A DNA stretch of 62,864 bases, the filler included, from Rhabdomonas costata (Eukaryota), in assembly GCA_019059605.1 (NCBI GenBank). It is 51 parts of 51 records of this genome, joined end to end, with 100 filler letters (N's around TTAATTAATTAA, not from the genome) between each part and the next. Parts side by side here need not be neighbours in the genome. Positions count along the whole stretch, not along the records: positions 1 to 1,135 come from JAHMHO010026864.1; positions 1,236 to 2,370 come from JAHMHO010026865.1; positions 2,471 to 3,605 come from JAHMHO010026866.1; positions 3,706 to 4,840 come from JAHMHO010026867.1; positions 4,941 to 6,075 come from JAHMHO010026868.1; positions 6,176 to 7,310 come from JAHMHO010026869.1; positions 7,411 to 8,544 come from JAHMHO010026870.1; positions 8,645 to 9,779 come from JAHMHO010026871.1; 43 more parts are not named here. One strand, given 5' to 3'. The position numbers were made by a program, and so were the translations under genes. The notes beneath the pieces are model-generated. The model did not search any database. It was not told the DNA's origin and saw only the letters and a list, made by a program, of their open reading frames with translations. Below are positions 1 to 11,787 of this stretch, piece after piece; the stretch's first letter is position 1, and each line of letters starts with the position of its first letter.

Positions 1-1
1 C

Positions 2-253
2 GTGTTGGGGGTCGGCTGCGGGGCGGTCAGTGTGGACGTCACTGCGGATCTCTCTGTGGTGGCCGTGGGGCTGAGCAGTGGGGAGGTGCTTGTGGCGCGT
101 GGGGTGCTGCAGCAGCCCTCGGGGAGAGCCGCCCGGGTGCGCATGCTGCCCGCACCCTCCGCGACCGAAACGGGAGGCTCCATTGTGGGCACCGGCGGGG
201 ACCCCAATGCCAGCGCACACCCCAACGCCGCTTTTCTCGTGGTCTTCAAGGAG
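2..253 (+). CDS. Vps11-like (HOPS/CORVET) N-terminal beta-propeller exon, partial
   Basis: DLSVVAVGLSSGEVLVARGVLQQPSGRAARVR resembles the Vps11 pattern DLS.lAvGf.nG.V...rGd; probable donor GAG|GTCCTC. Confidence 0.5.
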
Positions 254-891
254 GTCCTCTCGTCGCCGCCGTCCTTGTCCTTGCTGTGCCGTCTTTGCCT
301 CTCTTTTCACTCACACAGTGACTGTCACGGACGTGTGGGCCACCACCTGTGCGCCTTTTCCCTTTTCTCCGCCAAATAGCATCGGGTTGTTGAGTGCCTT
401 TCCGGGCCTAAGGTCTCCTCTCTAGGATGTAGTGTAGGTGGCCGGGTGAGTTTTTGGGGTGTTGGGGTGCATTTGAGCGTTGTCTGCGGTTGGGTCCCGC
501 GGGGCTGGCGGAGATTCCTGTCCTGTTGGTTGGTGAACCGGTACTCCGTAGCTCACAACAAAAATATTGTCCATGAGGTCGTTCACGATCAATAAAAAAT
601 TTGTCGATGTTTGGAAGCAGCATTCACCACTATGTGTACAGGTGTGCATAAATCTTTTTTTCTGTGGTGGCTGCTGTTTCGTCTCACTAGAAAACCCAAC
701 AAAAGGGAATATCGTTAGTTAAGTTCCCTTAATTCTACATTTCTGCCTTTGTGTTAGTTATGTCCTTACACACGCGAAAGATATACGGACCTTGCACACG
801 CGATAAAAGAAGGAGCGGACGTTTGCTCTCTTCCTCTTACCAGTAAGGCAATGGCTGTTGCACCCAGTGTCACAATGTGTACGGGTTTGTA

Positions 892-1104
892 TGAGTGAGA
901 GGCAGACCTTTCTCTGCCATCATCTCCATGTCTCACCATGTCTCGACTCAGTCTTCAAGCAACTTATGTCCCATCCAGGCGCCTGCTGGCCCCATGCTTC
1001 AGTCCAGGTGGGGGCGGGGCCAGAGTTGCCTTCAGCCTAATTCCTCGAGACCGTAGTTCACCGTGAATATGGCTTCGAGCCGATTTCGGTGCCTGGCAGC
1101 GTCC
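892..1104 (+). repeat. Dispersed repeat family B, copy 1 (homologous to 43441-43654)
   Basis: Colinear shared blocks: TGAGTG, GACCTTTCTC, TCAGTCTTCARGCAACTTATGTCCC, CCTGCTGGCCCC, GCCTAA, TCGAG, CGATTTCGKTGYCTGRCAGCRTCC. Confidence 0.85.
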
Positions 1105-1135
1105 AAAGCAGTGTTTACTCTTCACCCCCCACCAC

Positions 1136-1235
1136 NNNNNNNNNNNNNNNNNNNNNNNNNNNNNNNNNNNNNNNNNNNNTTAATTAATTAANNNNNNNNN
1201 NNNNNNNNNNNNNNNNNNNNNNNNNNNNNNNNNNN
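1136..1235. other. Artificial contig spacer (first of about 50): 44 N + TTAATTAATTAA + 44 N
   Basis: The same 100-nt spacer, with stops in all six frames, recurs every ~1235 nt between unrelated fragments. Confidence 0.99.
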
Positions 1236-1327
1236 GTGCTGATGAAGTTGTCCAGGGCCACAGCTCGCCTGTCCCGCCGTGGGGGCTCCGCCAGTATCAA
1301 GGAGGCAACCTCCCCTCGTCCCGAGTA
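1236..1327 (-). CDS. Exon fragment, possibly RasGEF (CDC25) domain
   Basis: Acceptor TTGCAG| then YSGRGEVASLILAEPPRRDRRAVALDNFIS, similar to RasGEF wVas.IL...R...l..FI; short match. Confidence 0.3.
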
Positions 1328-3948
1328 CTGCAATGCCATTTTTCTTGTCTTTTTTGTCTTTTTCTTGCGCACACGATGGAAGAATGTCACACCGCGATAC
1401 GCACAGCTCGCAGGAGAGGCAATGAGGCAACACCGAAAATCGAAAAGCAAAACGTAAAAAGTAAAACGAAACACAAAAAGGTGGTGAGGACTGGAGAGGA
1501 GGTTAGCGATGGAAAGATTGAACTGTGGGCTGTAGCGCACAATTTCGCTCAAGGAATCTTGCTGCTCCGGGCCACAACGAGATATGAACATCCAACTGCT
1601 GCGCGGGCGCGGGGCCCTCAGTACATTTGCCAAAGCCACCGTCAGGGAGTCAAGAAGATTAAGGTCAGTACCCCCTCCAGCAGATTTTGTCGATTATTTT
1701 TGGGGGCGGCCCGAGCGGCCTGGGTTGGGAGATGCCATGGCGACCCTCCGTTTAGCACTGCTAAACGGTCACTTTTTTGGCGATGTTATTTTTGATGCGC
1801 GGGGGCTAAGCAAACTGTGACAACTACCTCTAAGTGCCATATCTTTAAGCATATTAGGGTTAACCCCCCCCCTCTCTTAGTCTGATGAAGGTGCTCCCTA
1901 AGCAGACACTATTTAAATTAAAGGGATCTACAACTTATGAAAACAATGAAAACCAAAAACTAAAACTTATGAAAACAATGGAAAAGTTTTAAGCAGTGTC
2001 AACGTCAAAACGCCCCCCCCTCCAACAAAAACTACAAGGAGCCCGAGATCTGTCCTGCTCCAGTTGGATTCAACCAAACCGCCCTTCGGCATAAGCGAAC
2101 CTAATGCACGAGTCCGCCTACGCCCAATATATTGGTTCTGAATCTCTTCTCAAAACCTTTGGCAAGAATGATCACAACTTATGCGGCTCAAGTTGGTAAA
2201 TCTTGCACACAAGAGTTGCAGTGCTTGACAGGTGTGGAAGCAACACAGAACACGGCCAGAAAAAACAGCACCGCGCTGGAAGAAGAGTCCCCGGCAAAGG
2301 GCAAGAAAAACGGCCCCTAGCCGCATGGGCAACGGTCCAAAGCAAGGGCCGAGTGCACAACAACAACCCCNNNNNNNNNNNNNNNNNNNNNNNNNNNNNN
2401 NNNNNNNNNNNNNNTTAATTAATTAANNNNNNNNNNNNNNNNNNNNNNNNNNNNNNNNNNNNNNNNNNNNGTGTTGGGTGTGGTTGGGGTTTGTGTGCAA
2501 CCTCCCCCCTTTAGAACCATATTGCAACTATTTACCACTTGTGGGGTCGAAGATTCACGTTCCCCGCAGGACTCGCCGGGAAGGGGGAACCCATTAACAC
2601 ACACAACTGTCCCTAAGTCAGAAGAAGAAAACAGTCCCTGCCTCAGCCACCCGCTCCTGCAGTGCCGCGGACTAACCTACGCCCACAACAGTTCCAACTC
2701 ATCCACCAAATACCAAATAGGCGTTGGGAATGACGAAATGAAAAAAGGTTTTCCCCATGAACGATTAACAACGGTTTACGCGGTATAACGTTGTGAGACC
2801 ACAATGGGACGGCACTCCTCTTTACCGGTTAACCCGTTTGTGCGGTTGGGTTTCTGTCGTTTTGTTCAGCTGCGCAGAAGAGGAAAGTCAGTTTCAACAA
2901 CCGCGTTGCCTTAAGGAGGATTTCTGCGGATGAAACCGAACGTGCTGAGGACGAAGCTGAATTTGCAACCGGTCAGGTTAGTTGCCCCCACAGAAGGGGT
3001 GTGGGGTGGTGAGGGCCAAGTGCGTTTCCATCCACGCTCCATCCACGCTTTTTCTTTCAGCAAAGAGAGACGGAGGGAAGAAAGAAAACATCAGCTGAAA
3101 AATTCAGAAAAGAGCAAAAGGATGGAGAATTGTGAATTGGGAATTTCGGTCTCAGGGTCTCAGAGAGGTCATTTGCTCAGAAAGGATCTCCAATGAGGGT
3201 TTAACGCGGTGATCAAAGTGGTTAAGTTGTTTTTTCATTTCCCGGTTGATGGTGCAACCGACTCTCGACTTTTGGAATACCTTTTCTTCGTATTTCGTGG
3301 TGTGTTTATCTTTCGCAGGGGGGCGCTGACACCCTCCCTCTCCCTGGGGTGCCCGTGTCGCGTTCACCCCCACGAGTCACTCACATCCCGCTCGCCCCGC
3401 CGGCAGAGAGTCATCCGCTTCCTGCGCTTTCCCGCCCGCCACCACCAGCGGTTTCTCCCATACCACCTGCACTGATTTGCCGGTCCCCGCCCCCTGCAGC
3501 TGTGCCAAACCAGCCTGAGACCCAGCAGGCCCCAGCGCAACGTCCGGCCCCAATTATCACACAGCCCTCGAAGGTGCGCTTGGGTCCTGCTAGAAAAACA
3601 AACACNNNNNNNNNNNNNNNNNNNNNNNNNNNNNNNNNNNNNNNNNNNNTTAATTAATTAANNNNNNNNNNNNNNNNNNNNNNNNNNNNNNNNNNNNNNN
3701 NNNNNTGTTGTGTGGCTCCTTTCGAAAGGCGAATTTGTCATGCACTCTTTGGCGTGCCCTTTGATGTTGTTGCTCTTTGGAATTGTCTCTTCGCGTGCCT
3801 TTTCTTCGTCTGAGCCTCGAACCACCTCATGTTCCCGCTGTCGTTTATGATTGCAATGCTGTGTGGAGGCTTCGTGGCCTTGCCTCAAAGTAGATGCCAG
3901 CTGAGGGGGGGGGGATCACGTGCTTCACTCCCGATGTGCTGCGTGCAG

Positions 3949-4606
3949 GGCTCTTCGCCGAAGCGTGGACGAGCTCTCGCAGGCTGTGGCGACTCAGGAC
4001 AGGACCATCGCGGACCTGCAGGGCGGCGCCCACCTCAGGGAGTCTGTCTCGCGGTTTGCGAAAGAAGAATTCAGCTTTGATTCTGTGCTTCGATCAGGCA
4101 AAAGTGTACGGCTGCTTGGCAATGATAATCTGTGTTTCGGAAAGTCGCACTGGTCTTCCAGTGTTGTGATTGGCGGCCTTGGTTTTTTATGGAGCCCCTG
4201 TGCTGTGCCGCATCTGTCCGCGTTGTAGTGGTTGCAGTTGGATGTCAATGGATTAAGGTTTCCGATGAATTGGGATGATTCTCAGGTCATGCAACGCGAT
4301 GTTCGAAAGTACTATGTTTCTCGCAGTCCCTAGAAACGTCTTCTTTAAGGATTGGATAACTATTCTCACTTTTCTCGTCGGGGTACCGTCATGCTGTTGC
4401 TTTTTATAGTTTGCCGAAGGTCGGTGTCGTTTGTTCCAAAACATCTGCTGTACATATCCCTGCCAAATGGGGTCGAGGTTGCGGGGGGAGGGGGGTACAG
4501 GCAAGCCGAGGAGGAACTTCGGCAGCTGCGGCAACAGCTCTCGCAGCGGGACGAGACCATCCGTGCACTCTATCAGGCTCTGCACGACAGCGAGGCTACA
4601 CGGAGG
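3949..4606 (+). CDS. Coiled-coil protein, two exons (~3949-4053 and ~4501-4606)
   Basis: CAG acceptors and GTTT donors flank RALRRSVDELSQAVATQDRTIADLQ and QAEEELRQLRQQLSQRDETIRALYQ. Confidence 0.6.
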
Positions 4607-5043
4607 TTTTGCCTCAGACTCCCGGAATCTCCCCCGACACGGACACACACGGGGTTCCTCTTTCCAACCTTCCTTCTGTGGCAGCAATAGCAGGACGATA
4701 TTCTGGCGGCATCCGGCACGTCAGATGCGTTTGCTTTCATCAAAGCATTCACCTGAACACTTTCCATGCGTGCGTGCGCGCATGGAAAGTGTTCAGGTGA
4801 ATGCTTTCCATGCGCGCACGCACGCAGCAGCGAGGAAGGTNNNNNNNNNNNNNNNNNNNNNNNNNNNNNNNNNNNNNNNNNNNNTTAATTAATTAANNNN
4901 NNNNNNNNNNNNNNNNNNNNNNNNNNNNNNNNNNNNNNNNGGGGGAAGGCGGATTGGGGGCGGGCGGACATTTCCTTGCGGTGGTGGTAATGGGTGTGCA
5001 GCTGCTGTTGATTTGTGTTTTTTGCTTTGCTGCCAATGGTTAG

Positions 5044-6017
5044 AGATGAGGTGGGCGGTGCACAGGTGGAGCGCGAGCAGCGGGTCAACCGTGCCCGCCT
5101 GCTGTTCCTGCGGATCCGTGGCAAGGAAGGCAGTGTGCATCACGGATACGTCAGCTTAAAGCAGGTGCGTGCCTCACCCCCTCCTCCAGCGGTTGCAGCG
5201 GTTGGATGGTGTGTTTACCTCAGTTGTACATGCTGGGATATTGAGCCCAAAAGATAAAATAACAGTCGTATGCACCACATCCACAGCATACACATTCCAC
5301 ATACATACAGCATACACATTGGTTTTCATCATCTGATATGACGTCCATGGTAATTGCAACGGCACGCGGCAACTTGCGAGTCAGTTTGCATTGTTATGTT
5401 GACCTGCACTGCGTTATACCTGTGCGGGGTGTGTGGTGTGACAGCTTTCGCTGGTGCTCTCCACGCATCCCGACCTGCGGGCGATCCGCCTTGCAGTCAG
5501 TAGGCTGTTGTGGGACGTCGAGGAGGCCCTGGCCGCCGCGGGGAGGCCAGACGTGGTAAAGCTGGAGGACTTCTCCGCGCTGCTGCTCACCTTTGGCTCT
5601 TTGTTTGATCAGAACGACTTCATGGGCTTTCTGAGGTAGGGGGCGCCACCTACCTGCTTGCTCACCTACTCATTATCCGGAATACCATTGACAAAATTCC
5701 AATTTAGGGCACCGGGACTTTGGACTTTGCAAAGAGCTCTGCTGGTCATCACCCACATTATTTTGATGGTTTCGACTGTGAATTTGAGGATTGCACGACA
5801 CAAGCAGTACTTGCTGACATCCCTCCATCCCAACTCAACCCATGCCCACACACTTCACACTGTCCCTCCATGTCTGTCCATCCCTTGTGCCGTGCATCGT
5901 TCGCAGTGACATCGAGGCAAAGATTGGAATCTCTGTGGAGTCCGACGAGAGTAGGAATGCGATGGCCGTGGACGAGAGCCAGAGCCGAAAGCGGCCAGCC
6001 TCCCCGCTGGCGACAAT
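5044..6017 (+). CDS. Hypothetical protein, three exons (~5044-5164, 5445-5635, 5907-6017)
   Basis: GT-AG introns join DEVGGAQVER...YVSLKQ, LSLVLSTHPDLR...DFMGFL and DIEAKIGISVESD in frame. Confidence 0.65.
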
Positions 6018-6360
6018 GTACGTGCCCGTTTTAGATTGCCACCCACCACCACCCGCACGTGTGTCACCCAAAACANNNNNNNNNNNNNNNNNNNNNNNNN
6101 NNNNNNNNNNNNNNNNNNNTTAATTAATTAANNNNNNNNNNNNNNNNNNNNNNNNNNNNNNNNNNNNNNNNNNNNGGGGGGTGGGGTCACAGTCAGCTTA
6201 GATGGGCTGCGAGAATATGGTTGAGGTAACTGTTTTTCCAATGGAAAGTACGCCAATCTCGGAATCAACCCCCAATTTCTCAACGAAGCCGTTGGTCAGA
6301 CGCGGGGATCAGTAAAAGAAAGAAGCAGAAACGGGAACCCCACAACAACAGAAAAGCAAC

Positions 6361-7310
6361 CTCATCCTTCTTGCGCTTCAGGTTGTCAATGATCACACCC
6401 TGCAGCACGCTGAGGAAGAACCAGTTCCCCAGGAAGATCGCGAAGCAGTAGAAAATGGAGTAAGCCACAGCGTAGTCCCTCTGGGGCTGCAGGTCGAGGT
6501 CCACGATGTCCATGCTACGGTGCATGTCGTCCGGCCACCCCTCCTGCAGGCTGATCACCAGCACCGCCAGCGCGGAGGTGGCGAAGTTGTCGTAGTGCAT
6601 GCGGTACCTCAGCCAGTATCTCGGGCTGGTCACGTTGGGCTGCGTGGGGTCCGGGACGTACCACCCCGTGCACTGCTGGCGGGTGGTCACGTTGGAGTCG
6701 TTGCACTCGTACAGCCGACCCTGGAACAGGGTCATCCCCACAATGGTGAACGTGAGAAGGTAGAACAGATACGGCAGGGCCACAATGGTCAGCACAGGCA
6801 TGGTCCGGATCATCGCCTCCATCAGCATCCGCATCCCTTCGTGCATCCGGGCCACACGGGCGACCCGCACCACACGCAGGGCCCGCAGGGCCTTGATGCT
6901 GGAACCCACCGAGGTCGCCCCCACAATGCTGACCACGGTGCATACCAAGTCTAGGGCCCCCCACCCGGAGCGCAGGTAGGCCTTCTTCCCGAGGAGGCAG
7001 CCATGAACCACGATTCGCAGGCTCAGCTCCACACTGAAGAAGGTCGCCCACACGATGTCCAGCTTGCGGGCCACCACAAGGACGGTGGAATCGTCGGGCA
7101 AGTTGGGAGACTCAAACGCCAGTGCAATGCTGCTGGCAATGATAACCGCGAGGACTAGGAAGTCACACGCCGTGTGGCGCATCACCTTGGTCACCGCGGC
7201 GCGGAAGGGGTTCATTGGAGTAAAAACGAACAGCGAGCTCTGCATCCACTGCTCCCCGCTGCGGCCCAGCATCATGAAGCTGCTGCCCAGAACCCCGGCG
7301 CCCCCAACCC
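6361..7310 (-). CDS. Four-domain voltage-gated Ca2+ channel alpha subunit, repeat III exon (partial)
   Basis: SIALAFES (S1), ELSLRIV (S2), WGALD (S3), RALRVVRVARV (S4), LFQGRLYECND, pore YDNF...SLQEGW, S6 FFLSVLQGVIIDN; donor GAG|GTTGCT at 6360. Confidence 0.95.
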
Positions 7311-9618
7311 NNNNNNNNNNNNNNNNNNNNNNNNNNNNNNNNNNNNNNNNNNNNTTAATTAATTAANNNNNNNNNNNNNNNNNNNNNNNNNNNNNNNNNN
7401 NNNNNNNNNNTGTGGTGGGTGTGGTTGGTTCCCCCCGACGACCCAGCGCTGCCTCGGGGGGTGGGGGTCATCCCGTTGCTGGGGTCGGCCGGATCCTCCG
7501 TGCCCCAGTCGTCGTCCCCAGACCCAAGGTACCCACCAGTCCTGCGGAAAGTGTGCAGGAAGGAAAACTAGGCAAACAGAGTGCGGCATTCCAAAAGCTC
7601 AAGGGCAACCGATACTTCAAAGAGAGGAGGACAGGAGAACCGTTTGTTGAGCCCAAACCAGTGATTTCCAAGTTTACTACTGAAAGCGTCAACCCCGGAA
7701 ACCCCCATTGACACATAGCGCACTCCCTGAGGACTCACGTGCTCCAGAAGGGCGATGGTGGCTCGGGCAAGAGCTTCCAAAGGTGGCGATTAGCCTTCAG
7801 GAGGCCTTACGTGGCTGATGCCAGTTGTGCAGGAGAGTCTTGTGGGTTTGTCAGAGTGTTCACATCAAAAGGGGTGTTGGGTTCTTTTTGAGGCGGACAT
7901 TTCACCACCCTAGAAAGACCAGCAAGCTTCGTTAGGGAACCAAATCGGCAGAGTCAAACCGCAGGGATAATCATACTTTTAGAAAAATGGTTCAGTGTGT
8001 TTTCTGACTGCTCTTGTCCTCTTAAGTTCTATCCCCGCACTTCCAGCACCTCAGGGTAAGAGGTAAGAGGTCTGCACACCCCACAATCAGCTGCAGGGTG
8101 GATGATGCGCTCTCCGGAGGAAGCTGCAGCGGCAGAGCCCCCCGGGCGTACAGCATCATGAAGGCACGGGCGGCCTGGCGGGCCATTGGAACCCACTCCC
8201 CCTTGTCCTGGAGATACCGAATGTACGACTTGAGGTAGGCGTGGCGGCCGCCCAGCCTTTTTGGTGGGTATTTTTTTTTTCGAAATGGAGAAGGGAATGG
8301 GAAAAGGGAATGGAGCACGTCAGAATTGCAGGTGGCTTGGCAATTATCAAAACGCAACAAAGGACATCCCACAACTCCAAATTGAGCCAAAAGCCAGTAT
8401 ATATAAACAGGAGAATTTGATGACAATATAGTCGCAGATTCGTAAAGAAAATTGTAAAGCTCCATCACAGAAGCAATTTATCTCTTTCGCTCCAAATAGC
8501 AGGTCTTGAGGCGCTGATCATCATTAGCGCTTAATACTTGAGTTNNNNNNNNNNNNNNNNNNNNNNNNNNNNNNNNNNNNNNNNNNNNTTAATTAATTAA
8601 NNNNNNNNNNNNNNNNNNNNNNNNNNNNNNNNNNNNNNNNNNNNCCTGGCTCTTGGCCTTTCTCCACCCCAATGACTCCAAAAGGCCTTGGCTCTCGTCC
8701 TCGCCGTAGTCTTCTGCGGTGACGCCCGCTCCGGAATCGGCAACTGCCGCACTGAGGGCTGCACTACGATGCCGGAGGGGGGTCACGGACCGCCCGGAGG
8801 TGGTGCCAGCGGCGAAGGCGGTGGAGGCCTCGAGGCGGCATTGCTCGACGTATCGGTGGAAAAGCTCAGAGAGGTGCTGGTGGGGCTGCTGCTGCGGGTC
8901 CGGCCCCGTGGAAGACGGCTGTGTAGGCAAAGTGGGTGCAACGAGGGTTAGCAACCGATTTCCTTCGCGCTTTTCGGTTTTTATGTCGAACCTGAAGGAT
9001 TAACCCGAACGGGTACAACCTCGAACCTAAATGATAAGGTCAATCGCCTCCTCCAAAGGTTTTGGTCGAGGGAGGGACCCACGCATTCGCCGTGGCTGCG
9101 AGGGAGCAATGGGGGGAGGCACCTGCACAGGCACACTGTCTTCTTCCCCAACGCCCTCGCGAGGAAGGGGCTGCCAGGCCACCAGCACCCCCTTTTCTGT
9201 ACAAGACTGCCGTAGCACCAGCCCAGGGAGGCACGTCAATCGGCTCTCCACCTTTTTGGGGGGGACGGGGGGTGAGATGAGGGTAATAAACCCAACTGCC
9301 GGAATGGTTCTTTGGTTCATGGCGACGGAGGTGCTGTTCCAAAAACACAGAAGGTTGATGACCGCATGATTGATAAGGCGCCAATGTGGATTAGGGGATC
9401 ATCACAACTATACCTTTCTAAACCGAAAAGTCCGGGGAAGGAACCCATCGAATCTGATCCATCTGGCAACGACACTGTCGAAAGCACAAGAGAATTCTGG
9501 CAGGTGCTCACCTCGAGATCGAAAAGAACCCTTACCAGACCAACAAGCACGATAATGATAATCGCCGGTAGTTTCGAGGAGGCATTCACTGTGCACCACC
9601 CTCCCCATGGACACACAC

Positions 9619-9779
9619 CTGCGCCTTCACGGCCTCTGTGACCAGCACGGGCGCTCCAATCGCCCGGCAGCCCACCTTCTGCAGCGCAAGGGCCTCGCTG
9701 ACGGCCTCCCCGACCACCACAAACCAGCTCAGCTCACTGCTGCCCACCTTCCCATATCTCACCGCGGAGCGGGCGATGC
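9619..9779 (-). CDS. Class III adenylate/guanylate cyclase catalytic-domain exon; further exons probably extend down to 8645
   Basis: IARSAVRYGKVGSSELSWFVVVGEAVSEALALQKVGCRAIGAPVLVTEAVKAQ fits G.vG.....f.viG.aV..A..L....vLvt; donor CAG|GTGTGT. Confidence 0.75.
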
Positions 9780-9898
9780 NNNNNNNNNNNNNNNNNNNNN
9801 NNNNNNNNNNNNNNNNNNNNNNNTTAATTAATTAANNNNNNNNNNNNNNNNNNNNNNNNNNNNNNNNNNNNNNNNNNNNTGTGGGTGTGTTTGGGGTG

Positions 9899-9966
9899 TT
9901 TGGGACTTGCTTCTCGTCCGCAATCAGGCACACGCTGACCATGCCCTTGTACGACAGAATCGAGAC
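9899..9966 (-). CDS. Wax ester synthase/diacylglycerol acyltransferase (WS/DGAT) C-terminal exon fragment
   Basis: Acceptor CTCAG| then VSILSYKGMVSVCLIADEKQVP, matching the WS/DGAT C-terminal motif isilSY.G.l...v.aD...vP; only about 22 aa. Confidence 0.55.
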
Positions 9967-10951
9967 CTGAGCGAGTTTGGAAGGGTTTGTGCTTGTCGTT
10001 GGCAAATGCGGCTGGTGGTTACATCCTAAATCGGCAGCAACACGGAAGTGAAAATGTGACGCGGGGGTCCGTATTTCGGTGACCCACGGGTGTCCCTATG
10101 CTTTTGGACGGATTCTAGTACTCTCTCTATGGACGACTCATGTTGGGCTACCGCACTGCACTATAACAGGGTCTCGCAATTGGAGTATTCGGAGCAGCCG
10201 GAGCCGCACTTGCCAGGTTTTTGGATTTCCTTTGGCGCAGCAGTTTTCCCCAACCCCAGGTGAAAAAATCCGTCTGCGAAGCCTTTCGCGCACAGCTATC
10301 ATCCACATTTCCGGAAACTCAAGAAGAAAAAACAAAATGGCGGGCCAGCTCGGCTTCCCAGATACACCACATCCCCCACACAAATCAGTACATAGAACAC
10401 CAATCAATCGCAGTGATCCTCACTTCAAAGAAAACAACAAACCCCACACTCCTCCCAAGCAAACCATTGGCGTCAGGCGCCGATCCGGGCACCCACCGCT
10501 GCAGCAGCACAAGCATCCCTCGCAGCTCGGCCACGGAGTGCCTGCCAAAGGTAAGGGTGGTGTTTGGACCACTAGCGGCCTGAGGAAGCGGGATAGATGA
10601 AGTGGATTCCCCAGGGGTCCCAGCACGGCGCAACGCCCTCACCCACTCCAAGGACTTGACAGCCATCCCACCAAAACAAACCCGAGCACACACAAAAAAA
10701 TTGTCAGAACTGTGAAACGAAGTGGGGAAACTGAAATGCGAATGAACAACGAATGCACAACCCCCTGGCGCCAAAATTGCAGATGAGGCGACTGACGTAA
10801 CCATTCACCGGTCCACAAAACAGAAAAGGAGCAACCCTTTGCATGAATAACCCCTTTCACACACCATGGCACCGACTTAATCATTTTCGTCTTCTCGCCA
10901 TGCGTTCTCAGCTTGCGACAAAGAAGCCAAAAAAAAAGAACGACGAAGCAG

Positions 10952-10953
<2 letters not shown>

Positions 10954-11004
<51 letters not shown>
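10954..11004 (+). repeat. (CAT)17 microsatellite
   Basis: Direct count; explains the spurious poly-M and poly-H ORFs. Confidence 0.98.
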
Positions 11005-11353
11005 ACACACCACANNNNNNNNNNNNNNNNNNNNNNNNNNNNNNNNNNNNNNNNNNNNTTAATTAATTAANNNNNNNNNNNNNNNNNNNNNNNNNNNNNN
11101 NNNNNNNNNNNNNNGGTGGTTTGTGAAAACGGCGTATCGGAATCAGCCCCACAGAACGATGCAATGCCGATGTCGGGTTCTGTCCTGAACGGGCGTTGTT
11201 GCATTGTCGCATTGTTGAGGCCTTGTTGGGTCTTGCTGGCCAGGGAAAGGATGAATACATGGTAGTGTGCGCAGCACAAGTTTTGCGTTTATGTGTGGTT
11301 TTGCGCGCAGTCCTCGGCGTTCATTCCCTGTTTGTTTTCTTTCTCCGTTCAGG

Positions 11354-11787
11354 TGATGGACTTGCAGAACGTCGAGCAGCTTCTCTCGGACTGTGAGGGC
11401 TTCCTCGCTGCCAGCCTGCAGGTTCTCGCTGGCTCATTTCAGATCGTTCTTTTTGGCAACTAGAATTTGGGAGGGGCTTTCGCTGCTTCTGTCCCTCACT
11501 TGGCTGAAACGCTATTGGAAGGCCACTGCACCTCTGGCCGGCCTATTTGCTTTGCCATGTACTGTTGTTTGGTGATCGCATTCTGCCCGATCTCCGCGCC
11601 CGTGGGTAAGAAATCCGCTGCGCCAGCGGTCCTCAGAGGCTCTCCATGAAGACCTCAAACCACCCTGAAAAACAGGAGATTGTCGCCAACCTCCAGATGT
11701 ACCTGCCCTACCTCCCGGCCGCCGTGGTGTCCCTTGTGCGGGGCCATCAAGGGGAGGGCGAGGAGCAGATGGACTGCCCTGCCCAGC
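11354..11787 (+). CDS. Euglenozoan-style receptor nucleotide cyclase juxtamembrane region, two exons (~11354-11421, ~11677-11787)
   Basis: Spliced VMDLQNVEQLLSDCEGFLAASLQ|EIVANLQMYLPYLPAAVV matches the mdL...Iv.nL..Y..yLP linker that precedes class III cyclase domains; GT-AG intron. Confidence 0.55.

Noticed and set aside
1878-1915. CTGATGA followed by a short stem, considered as a hammerhead ribozyme
   Set aside because: The GAAA core is missing (GACAC instead) and stems I and III are not evident.
4742-4826. Nested double inversion (29-bp arms plus re-inverted loop)
   Set aside because: Looks like repeated template switching near a contig end.
10639-11070. Poly-Met and poly-His ORFs
   Set aside because: Translations of the (CAT)17 microsatellite.
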